This document shows positions 53,005 to 64,000 of a DNA stretch of 64,000 nucleotides, in pieces. The position numbers were made by a program, and so were the translations under genes. The notes beneath the pieces are model-generated. The model was not told the DNA's origin and did no database searches. It was given only the letters and a program-made list of their open reading frames with translations. The stretch covers positions 46,872,001 to 46,936,000 of the forward strand of contig OZ024742.1 in NCBI GenBank assembly GCA_964016885.1. Direction: 5' to 3'. The stretch's first letter is position 1. Each line of letters opens with the position of its first letter. Source of the stretch: Eledone cirrhosa. Lineage: Eukaryota.

Positions 53005-53770
53005 TCTGTATATATATAAAATTAAGTATGTGTGTCTGTGTGTCTGTGTATTGCCTATAGGGGCCTACATCTTACGACCGATTTTCATGAAACTTTACAG
53101 ACTCATAGATTAGTCATCCGGGAGTGTTTTCCATATATCAGCGAATCCTTTTGGTCACCTTTTTTTAGGTATCGAAAAATAAGAATTTTTGCTCTAGCTC
53201 CCACATTTTGCCACCGATTTCGTTCAAATTTTAAAGCGAAATAGAATTTATCATCGCACATCCTGTAATGGCTTTATACTTTGCATTTTCTTGTTCACAA
53301 ACCGCGTGACAGCCGCTTAAATATTCAAAAATACCACTTTTAGACTCAAATTTTCACTTTTTAGCTCTAGCCTCTACATTAATCAACCTACTTTGTTCAA
53401 ATTTTACACTACGCTAGATATGATAATTTCACGTCTTAAAGTCGCTTTATATTTTGAACTTTTTGTTCAGGAACGGCGTGGTAGCCGCTTAAATATTCGA
53501 AAATACCACCTTTTTGCTAAAATTTCTGCTTTTTCGGCTCTAGCTCCCACATTTTTTAACCGATTTCCTTCAAATTCGAAACTCCCTCCCCCAGAATGCC
53601 CCTTCGTCAGTCACCCGCGTTTCTCAGTGATAGAGGTCATCACCACCCTCCCCCTCATGGCCTGTGTGTGGCCATAGATGAGTCATCGAGAAGCAGTCGC
53701 TAAGATCAACACCTTTTCATCAAAGCAGATATTATTTTACCTACCCAGGCAACGCTGGGTACTGCTGGTA

Positions 53771-53771
<1 letters not shown>
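53005..53771 (+). mobile_element. non-autonomous Helitron
   Basis: 5' A|TCTGTATATATATAAA plus GT-rich stretch; 3' hairpin ACCCAGGCAACGCTGGGT then GTAG|T (CTAG variant); internal repeats. Confidence 0.75.
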
Positions 53772-53808
<37 letters not shown>

Positions 53809-54249
53809 AGTGTGAAAGCCGAAGCTTATTACTGCTATTTGGTGGACGTATATATTTCACAAGATCTTTTTTAGTGAAGAAGTTAAGAAAGTCTTAATAT
53901 AATAATCCTTATTATCTACTTTAAGATTTTACTGTCAATTGCATACTCAGAAATAGAAAGGATTTAAAAAAAGGTTATTTATTCAATATAAAAATTCAAT
54001 GATAGTATTGTAGTTGTGCATGGGGCTCCTTTTTCCCCTCCTGGAAACCAATATTTTTAAATGTAGTCCGCCAATGCATTCATTGTCGGCCGTTCTTAGA
54101 CCGCCATAAAGCAGCATCAATGGACATCTCCATAAGCTCGGCCTTGTGAATGACACCGTTGAGTAGTTTCTCATGAACTCACTAATGTCCGGGCTCAACG
54201 ACGTGTGTAGATTTGCAAACAACCACTGGCGAATCCTCGAAATGCCTGG

Positions 54250-54850
54250 GTGTGGGGGCGTTGAATTGTAACTCGGGATGAGAAATGAATCTATGTGTTT
54301 TTATAATCCCCATAAGAGAATCAGTGGCTTCGTTCCGGCCAGACTTCAGAACCGGTTGTTAAACAAGGACATTTTGAACAGAAGGCATGTGTATTTGGTG
54401 GAATTTAGAAGGGATGTTGCACTTTAAGCTTGTCTTAGATGGTGATTCTGTTAATCCTAACGTTTATTCTCAACAGCTGCAGCGAGTATATAATAATGTG
54501 AAAGCTCACTACACGGTATTATTCGCTCGAAGACGTGCTCTTCTGCAGCATATCAATGTCTCATCAGATACTGCCGATGTGAACAAGCGTACACTTGAGA
54601 AACGTGAGGGGCTGGAATTGCTGACTCACCCTCCGAACAGATCAGACCTTGCACCATCAAACTTTCCGAACCCTGGCTCATTTCCTGCACGGATGGAAGT
54701 CTACGAATATGGATGTAATTTAAAACTGGTGCCTAGAGATTTTCGCATCTAAACCAGCCAAATATATATATGCGTGGAATTCAGCTTCTGACACAACCAT
54801 AGCAACAGATAATAAAATATGGTGACATATATTTTGATGAATAAACACTT
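54250..54850 (+). mobile_element. mariner transposase catalytic-domain remnant
   Basis: CIWWNLEGMLHF..VYSQQL..LLQH..LLTHPPNRSDLAPSN (YSPDLAPSD-like). Confidence 0.85.
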
Positions 54851-55188
54851 CTCGTATATAATGGTTTGAACCTTTAATTAAAGCTTGAAAACTGATTTAT
54901 CAAGATTTAAACAGATTTATTTGAACAGAAAAACTCTCGTCTAAACTTGTAGTCAGAGAGTTAACACTGGCATCTAGCATTTCTAGCTTCATTTGCAATA
55001 CACTACAACAAGGGTAAGTTTAATTACTGAAGACTTGGGTTAAGTAATCCTAAAGTATATAGTTTGGTGAAATTTTGTGTTCATTAATACCTAAACCAAA
55101 TATTATATATATATATATATAGTAATAATAATAGATTTGAAGACTAAAGTCCAAAGAGGGCTCGATAAGGATAAATATATAGCAAATG

Positions 55189-55271
55189 TTTATTAAAATA
55201 ACAGATTAAAGTTTAAGCAAAGAATCACTGCAGCGATTCTTTGCTTAAACTTTAATCTGTTATTTTCATAA

Positions 55272-55272
<1 letters not shown>
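55189..55272. repeat. 84-bp near-perfect palindrome centred on CTGCAG
   Basis: AAAATAACAGATTAAAGTTTAAGCAAAGAATC and its reverse complement; two mismatches. Confidence 0.9.
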
Positions 55273-55308
<36 letters not shown>

Positions 55309-56814
55309 GAGAGAGAGAGAGAAACTGATAGCTAATAGATATACAGGAGAGCTGGTTGCGGAGTTTGGTAAATCAATGTGCTAATATGAGTAAAATATAT
55401 TTGCATACATTATTTGGCAGATGGAATATGCAAGTGTTTGAAGAAGTCTTAAGTTGTTCTTCATGGTGATGATTCTGTCCTCGCATATTAACCTATTTTT
55501 CTCACCTATTTTTAGTCGATTGTCTTCAGTTGTTTTCTTTAACCATAATAAATACATTATATACGTATGCTGAGAATTTCTAGATGGTGTTGTTCTTGTT
55601 GTATCCCGAAAGACAATATCGATTGAGCAGAAAGGTTTTCCAGTCGAGGCCGAAATTAATTCTTCGACGATGTTTGTACTCGACTTCACTATCTATTGTA
55701 TTTTCAAAACGGGAAATTTGGTTTCCTTTTCTAGCATATCACCTTATCACATAGAGGTTCTCACTTGCAATAAGATAAATAATCAACAAATCAGTAACTA
55801 ATATTTTTTTATTTTTTCACCACCTTCGTAATTGTTATTTGACATGATAAACCAAAACTGTATTTCAAACTTTCTTTAAACCTCTAAAATACTTCTCCCT
55901 GGAAATGAATGTAATTGTATTTGATAATAACTGACACGAAACAATACATGGAAATCAGGAAATAGCAAATATAACCACAACACACAATGAAGTTCGAAAT
56001 ATCTTTATCTCTATTTGAATCTGTTGTTTTATTTCTTTGCTTTCATTTCCCCAGAAAAGACAAGAAATGACACATTTTACAATCTTTCTTATCATAGGTG
56101 ATAAATTGATTTGGGATTTTAAAACAAATTTCAAAAGAAATTCACAAGATTCTATTAAGTTTTATCTTGTCTTTATATTTCATTTTGTTTCCATATATTA
56201 TAATCATTCAGGTTCCAGTAACAGTGAACTCGTGTGAAAAGAAAAACAAGCATTTCTGTAGAAAAATTACATTGAAAATATATTATTTTCTTTTTAATTG
56301 ATTTTCAACTACTGTTAATTACATTTCTAGATGATGCTACATGCTTAAATCGATTTCAATAGATATCTCAAAATCAGTTATAGAATTTGCTGCAAACATG
56401 AAGTGAAGCCTGTTCATGCAGGAATTAAAAGCATGATACTAGTCTCCCTAGCAATTCATTTCACCTATCTACTTGCTACTATCTTTGGAAACAGAACTAT
56501 TGTACAGATTCAATTGTAGATTAACTTTGACGACAGATTTAATAGTGAACAAATTATATATACACACATATGTATAGATGAGTTTGAGTGTAAATGTGTA
56601 GTTTAGTTGTTGATATACTGAGAGTGTATTCAACATAGTTCTGAAGGCTCTGGTTGGTTTTACTTTAAGTCTAGTGTGGCGTCTGGTGAGTAAGACTGAA
56701 TCTAGGTTTACAAATTACGTTTGCGTGGTTTCCTGGCTAGTGTCGATAGGGTGTCACTTTTAAATCTGCGTTTATGTTAGGACAATTAACAGTATATATA
56801 TATATATATATAAT

Positions 56815-59800
56815 TACTACTCCTCTATCTCGCCCATAGTCCTGAACAAGGCACTCATATTCGCGATGAATAGGACAGACCTAACGCGCGACGAGGTCCG
56901 AATCATACACGCCGCCAGAAAGACACTGATCTGATTCGGTCGGGACATATGGACCCGGAGTGACTGGCCAAATAATTTTGATATTACAATGGGCTCCAGT
57001 AACTCCGCACAGCTAACGGACTTGGTTGGGATATACATACTCTACGAGATCAAGAGCGGAATACCCAAACTGGGTGATGGACTGTACCGAGACGATGCAC
57101 TCTTCACCGTCGTGGACTACAACACCACAATGGTCGCAAATATGAAGAGGAGAATTAGACACTTCTTTACCAAGATAGGACTTAAAGTAGAGATGGAACC
57201 CAATAGAAAAGTAGTGAATTTCCTGGACACCACTCTCAACCTCAACACCAAGCTACACCATCATATTATAAACCCAATGAGAAGCTGGTGTATATCAACG
57301 CTGGGTCCAATCACCCTAGATCTATAGTTAAGGCTGTAGTTAAGAGTGTCTCTGACAGGATCTCTAACTTGTCTGCCAATAAAGAGATCTTCAATAGCAA
57401 TGCTGATTACTATAACTCAGCGCTAGCTAAGGCGTCCCACAGCCATATGATCAGCTATAACCCTAAGGGACATGATCGAGATGACCCAAGGGTACCCCGG
57501 GCCAATACCCTCAGGGGCATGAGTCGCCCACCTAATACCTCGGTGACCAGTAGTAACACTCCCAGACCCCTATCCATCACCACCCCCGATAGAAGGTCCC
57601 GCATTCCCCACCCGTCTAATGCAACAACGCTGAAGACCACTGCTGTGCGGAGAATAGGCACCCCTGCACCGACACCACCACCCGCTGAACCCTAATTGAG
57701 CAGGGAGGCCGCACCGCGCAGGTTTATAGCCCCACAGTGGGTCCGTATAACCCTCATGATAGTGACCGCTACGCACACCTGAATGACACCAACGGAGCTC
57801 GACCTGAGCTGTGCACAACCACGCGATGGACCACGGCGGACACCCAACAACCCCGCAAGAATAGGACCAGGAAGGTCACATGGTATAACCCCCCGTACTC
57901 GGTGGGTCTACGTACAGCCTGGCTAGAACATTCTTTAGAGTACTGGATAAATGTTTCCCTAGGGCCCACAAGTACCATAACATATTCAACAGGCACACGG
58001 TGAAACTTTCCTACTCGACCACACGCTCCCTAGCCCAGCACATAGCCGGCTTAAATAGGAATAGGCTCACTGCCTCTAATACCACCGTAAACCCCGGAGC
58101 CACCCAACAGAACCAGCACGCAGGACGCACCAGACCCCGGAGTGGCCCAACTAGCACACCGGAACCGAACGACCCCATGCTGATTGCGGCGGCTACCCAG
58201 CCAACCCCGAGTGATGGTAACCACGCGGTACATGTGATGGGGCTTAAGAAATCATGCAATTGCAGAGACCCATCACTATGCCCCCTTAGTAATGAATGCA
58301 TGATGAAAAACGTATTCTACAGGTGCAAGGTCACAACCGCTAACTCGGAGCACCACTACATAGGACCCACGGCGACGTGCTTCAAAGATAGGTGGTATAA
58401 CCATCGCCATTCCTTTAACAGAATAGAAAAGATGAAATGTACGGCCCTTTCTGAATTGATCTGGAAGATCAAACTTGAAAAAAACCCGCGCTCTCTGGTC
58501 TGTTCCGTGGTTAGAAAGGTTCCCCTCGACAGAGGTGGGTCTGGTATTTGCAACCTCTGTCTTAGTGAGACACTCGAGATACTTCATGGCAGAACCAAGC
58601 TATTAAACAGAAGGACCGACTTATTCGGCGCCTGCAGACACCTAAGGACGGGAACTTTCCTCAAGCTATATGGATAAACCCCGGTTATGGCCTCCCACAA
58701 CGCCCCCCCCCCCTATGTAGGTCCCCAACACCCCGTACCAATGACCAATAGACAATAACAACCACCCATAGTTTGTGGTCCCTACCCTACGGTGGATTGT
58801 CAACCGGATCCTCTACTGGTTAGGTGTCAACAAAACCACGTTTATTGAACCTGAGGAACCCCCCACCCCGGGAGTCGCCCACACAGGAAGAACAATTATC
58901 CGAAGGTACTAACCCTATACGCATGAATGAGTGCCCACAACCGTACATTGTGTGTGTATACTGGGATTACGTGAATGCACACACTCATGTGAACGCAACG
59001 AAATACTAATACCCCAGGTTGCATTTGAAAAATGTTCGAATGTATGCTTAAGGGTATATTTGTATATGCTCTCTCGTATGAGTGCACATGTGTATATAGA
59101 CATACACGCGCATCCAGAGGTATAAAAGTGTGGGTGGGTATATATGTCTGTACTAAGGGATTCGCCTAAGCTCCAAATCCCCCAAGCTATTGCTGTGAAG
59201 ATATATATCACACTCTACTTTTGTCTAGTCTAAACAATAACTCTTCCAAACACCCACTTTACTTTTCTTTAAAAATAACACCCACCTAGTTTTATGTCTG
59301 CCATATACTTGGATTTGGCGGCCTCTGTTGTATATATATATGCACTTGTGCGTACATATATATATATATACACACCTGTATGGATTTGTGTGTGTAGATA
59401 TGTGTGTGTGTCTGAGGGGGCGGGTGTGAATGTATGTACAAGTCATCCAAAATAAGTCTTTTTATTTCTAAACTTTCTAAGTATTTGACTCTAACCATTA
59501 TTTTCAGTATTACCACCCCAGATTCCTCAATGTGTATGTGTGGATGTGTGTGTGTGTATGTGGGGGTGGGTGTGAGTGTACGTGCAAGTCAACCAACATA
59601 AGTCTTTTTATATGTAAATTTTCTAGTATTCTACTCTAACCATAATTTTCAGTAGTACCACCCCACATAAATTCCTCAATTTAAGAATGACATGTATTGA
59701 ATTTTGTGAAAATCAGTCATATGGAACTATTGTCATCTTGCCTGACAGTTTGAACTTTACAACACCACCTGCCTCTATGAGGTCAAATACCAACCCTACT

Positions 59801-60036
59801 AGCATCTACAAACTGACCAATGAGAATTAAGATTATTCTTGCTGACAACATTAAATTATTCCTAACAAGCTCATATGTCCCAATGCTCTGATACCATCAA
59901 CACCATAAACACAGAGCTGGCATATCTAAGAACTGACTAACTGCCTGATGAGGTCATAGCCATTCAATGGCTATCATCGAAATATATATAGCAGTAAATA
60001 AAGCATTATGAGTTCATGCAATTGACTTATGTTTCG

Positions 60037-60040
<4 letters not shown>
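56815..60040 (+). mobile_element. GC-rich Naiad-type PLE copy C (5'-truncated, frameshifted; coding to 58677)
   Basis: FDITMGSSNSAQ, YRDD, NFLDTTL, SNHP, WYNPPYS, CNCRDPSLCPL, YIGPT, CNLCLSE, CRH; (TA)n at both ends. Confidence 0.88.
59940..59995 (+). ncRNA. hammerhead H10
   Basis: ACTGC-CTGATGA-GGTcATAGCCAT tca ATGGCTATcATC-GAAA-TATATA-TA-GCAGT then AATAAA. Confidence 0.9.
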
Positions 60041-60092
<52 letters not shown>

Positions 60093-60199
60093 CACACACA
60101 CATATATATGTGTGTGTGTGTGTGTAAAGGGTAAACATAAATAACAACACAATCGGTTCACGGAAGAAATATATAAGTTTAACGCTTGAAATAGCAGGA

Positions 60200-60456
<257 letters not shown>

Positions 60457-60530
60457 AGACCACACATTCCCACCTTTTAGAAGACATTATAACATTCAGC
60501 TAAAAGTGTTAACATCCGGTTGACTTAAAG

Positions 60531-60872
60531 ATATTGGGAACATTTGAAATTTGAAATGTAGACGTCCCACTGTAAATAACTATAATAAAATAGTTGGTCA
60601 CTATAAATAATAGTTGAGCAAATTGTGTAAATTACTCCTGGTGAAAGAGAAATTGGACCGGGTGTTCACCGTTTAAAATCTTAAATATGGCAATTACTTC
60701 CCAGGACCCCGTAACGCAAAGGTTAACACACAAGCACCGCACAAGGTGCTTCTATCTACATTTTCCTCTGCAGAGTTACTTTACCAGATCTCAAATATTT
60801 ATAGTGATCAATTATTATTACAGTCATTTTCATTGGCACTATTACATTTCAAATTTCAAATATCCCTAATAT
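60531..60872. mobile_element. MITE-like inverted-repeat element
   Basis: GGGAACATTTGAAATTTGAAATGTA vs TACATTTCAAATTTCAAATATCCC. Confidence 0.55.
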
Positions 60873-60899
60873 AACTTCGTTATTAAGTATTCTTTCTCA

Positions 60900-61420
60900 T
60901 GACCGTCAATAATACAACTACCACTTCCTCTTAGAGCTATTAATTTTGCCAAAACGCTTACGGAGTTTAAGGATTTCGAAGACTATGCTCTTAGAATGAT
61001 GGCATTATAATTCTGTGATAAACTTTGACAACTCTATTTTGTTAAAGAAATCAAATATTACCCCCTTTGAAGTGAGCATGGGTGCCAATGATTCGGCGGA
61101 GACCTTATTGCTTTATTTTTTATTATTATCAATCAAGGATGAATTCTTCAATGTAGGTTACAGTTTTTTACCGGGATGATGGTCTTTTGACTATGAAGAA
61201 GTGCGAACTCTGAGATATTGATAGGTTTAAAAGGGAACCTATGACTTTTTGAAACGTTTTCAACCTTTCCATTCAAGTTATGCTAATCTATCTGTGGGAA
61301 ATTTCTTTGCTGTGACACTCAATATGTCGAACGGCCTACACTACTCATATACAAAGCCCAATGACACTTTAAACTACATCAGTAAATATTCTAACTATCA
61401 AACCAGCATAACTATAAATC
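60900..61420 (+). pseudogene. decayed Naiad-type PLE RT fragment
   Basis: Manual translation PFEVSMGANDSAE..GYSFYRDDGLL, then NFFAVTLN..YTKPNDTLNYISKYSNY. Confidence 0.75.
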
Positions 61421-62149
61421 TACTTTGAAATTAAGGGCCTTGACCGGGGTTTCTTCTCTAAAGAACGTCTGCTGTCCAGTTCTCCCGAGAGTTTCTTACC
61501 ACTCCTTGCATACATTTCACCGTATCTCAAGAGAACCTTTTTATGTGTTATCGTTATGTCTTTCTATATTTTTAAAGGCAATATTGGGTCTTAATGTTTT
61601 TGAAATATTTACATCTGCGTCCACGGATTGATATTTCCCAGTTTCAGAAGATCCGGTGAAAGAAGAAATTGTTTGTGAATCGTTTATCATAATTATTACC
61701 TAAATACTTATGTATTCGATATATTCTGCCAATTCGTTTCACACAAATATCTTTTTTCATGATTTAGACTGCTTTATAATTCTGTGCTAATTTATATATA
61801 TATAATGATATCGGCGTAATCGGCTCATCTTGTTTTAATAACTATAAAATATTGATTTCTTTTAAAGGCAAAATATCTCAAATTCCTGGTGGAAATTTAC
61901 ATTACTGATTATCGATTCTGAAACATTCCCAATCAACACGATTATCTATTTCTTAGTTGTATCAATGGAATTACCTGGGCTCATTAAGGAACAAACACAA
62001 ATCCTTCTAGGTGGTGCACGCTACTGATACCTGTTCCTATCTATTTTCAAATTAGCTAGTCTTTGCCTATTAGATGTTTCATTAAAGAGTAATTGCCACT
62101 GCAATCTTACTAGATAATATCAGCGGGAATAGTGGTTATTGTAAAATAA

Positions 62150-63700
62150 ATTGTTATAAAGGAAAGAGTTTCTGTTTTACCCATGTTGATACCGTGTGTC
62201 CCGTGTGCGTCTGCTTAGGGTTTGTGGCTTCGGTACATTGTCAGTTGATACTGGATTCTCTGTCTAAAGATTCTAACTCACATAGCTCCTAATTTACTAT
62301 ATTGAAATTGTAGCTTGGAATTGACAAGGCCAGCGTATTTATTCAAAATGATCTTATTTAAGAATTATTGAGATCAGTTTTTAATATGTGTATAACTCTT
62401 CTGTCGTATTATTTCTTAATTTTCCCTTTCATGTATTTGTGTTGTGTTTGAGCTTTTTCGTCTAACCCTTGCCTGGATGATTATCATCTAATTATCTATT
62501 GAACTGTCAAAATCTAGTGTAATAATCTCAGCGCTGGTTAATATATTTTAAACTGACTTTGGCATATTTGTCTAATCCCATTCTCTCCCTAACGTCTTTG
62601 CTACAACTATGAAGAACTTTTAGGTTTTCTAGTTCGGTAATGTTGTTTGTAAAGACTTTTAAGTCATCTACATGAATGAGATGAATTAAACTTTGTTTAT
62701 TGCTTATGGGGTTTCGTTGAACAGGTATCTAAATGAGGCCAGAGTAAGATAAAACAAATAGGATAATAAGATGCATTGGAGAATTCCTCTTCTTATTTTA
62801 TAAAACTGATTTAATAGTCTTTTATCATGGCAATCCAAAATATTTCTGCCGTGGTAATATTACTCTAGCAAATTCATGTGACCTATTACTATTTATATAT
62901 TTTACTCTTTCTTTAGTTTTTTTATGACGCTAATGTTTAATTAGTCATATTGAATATAATACACACAATTGTATGTCATAGTTCAGCAGTGCCGAGGCTA
63001 CATTGTTTGTGGCGTAAGTCCAGTATCCGAGAACATGGAATGTTGAAAACCTTCTGTTAGATAATTCAGGTCATACTAAGATTCTTTTTCCTTTTTTTGC
63101 AGTAATGGCCAAATTCACCAGTAGTTACTATTTCCTGCTGTACTTTCCTCTTCGGCACCATCTATTAACACATTGTATTGTTATTTTCTAGATGTGTAAC
63201 CAGTAGCTTGTATATCATTGATGTAAGAGCTCTATATGTTGTTAGTATACATGTTATAGACCTTTGTGGTAGTATGGTGGCTTTCTTTTGGCGGATTAGA
63301 ATGGTTTGGGGTTGCTCGTATGAATCCCTTTTTTCTGTTTTTTTGTTCTGAAATCCCCAGTCACTGATTAGTTGCTTACTAGTTTGCGTCAGCATCGTTT
63401 TTTTTTTCGGAGATAATTTTGTCTCAGCGGTCGTCTAATTGCTCCATGCCTGCTGAATAGCTTTAGTTTCACGGCAGCATCATTTCCTTGTTTGAAGGTT
63501 TATATTGATTGAGTTCTATGGCGAAGTTTCTACATTTTTCTTGTAATTGAGGAAAGTGTTATGTTGGATCCGGGATCTAGATCTCTTGTAACTGAATATC
63601 ACCACGTTCTGCTCTGCTTTTTACATTTCAGTTTCATAAAATTAAATTTCAATCAGCCTTGAGATTCGAGCTACTTCACTATACGCTCAAATTAACGAAC
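62150..63700 (-). mobile_element. decayed non-LTR retrotransposon RT, probably R4/Dong-like
   Basis: RSITCILTTYRALTSMIY..HLENNN, KKNLSMT, LIHLIHVDDLKVFT; a segment at 62836-62973 recurs at 63836-63972. Confidence 0.6.
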
Positions 63701-64000
63701 GTGTTGGTTATGTTGTAAATCAATAATCACACTATTCATTAATATAATTCCTGAAAATAAAAACAATATATTTCAGACAACTATCCATATTTTATATTTG
63801 TTTTCTGATTGTATAAAATTATTTTAATAGAAATTCAAATATTTCTGTCGTGGTAACTTTGTTCTAAAACATTCATCTGACCAAATGCTATTTATATATT
63901 TTCCCTGTTACTGCTTTGTTTCAGACGCAAATGTTTAATTAGTCATATTGAATATAATACAGACAATTGTATTTAGATTTAATTGAAACATACATGGTTA

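Overview
AT-rich animal DNA that is almost entirely repeats. The abundant tRNA-derived SINE resembles the octopus SINE, so a cephalopod source is inferred. I see no intact host gene; a few stop-interrupted, MAM-domain-like exon remnants may lie on the minus strand. The window holds many Penelope-like elements (PLEs; Penelope/Poseidon-type and Naiad-type RT + GIY-YIG), three L1-Tx1 retrotransposons bounded by (CTAT)n, Tc1/mariner, hAT-like, Helitron, CR1 and R4/Dong-like remnants, SINEs and long microsatellites. Two things stand out. (1) By eye I find 16 intact-core minimal type-I hammerhead ribozymes from 9 sequence families. Three belong to ORF-less partial-tandem elements with 658, 543 and 464 nt monomers, which look like retrozymes (candidate circular RNAs mobilised by PLEs into (TA)n). 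(2) The three divergent Tx1 copies share a splice-signal layout: a 5'UTR intron whose acceptor sits in a hairpin, and a donor overlapping the ORF1 stop codon. In the two copies with a 3' end, the ORF2 stop codon also looks like an acceptor, so ORF2 could be spliced out whole, rebuilding the same Arg-stop end of ORF1. All structure and function claims come from manual reading and need computational and experimental checks.
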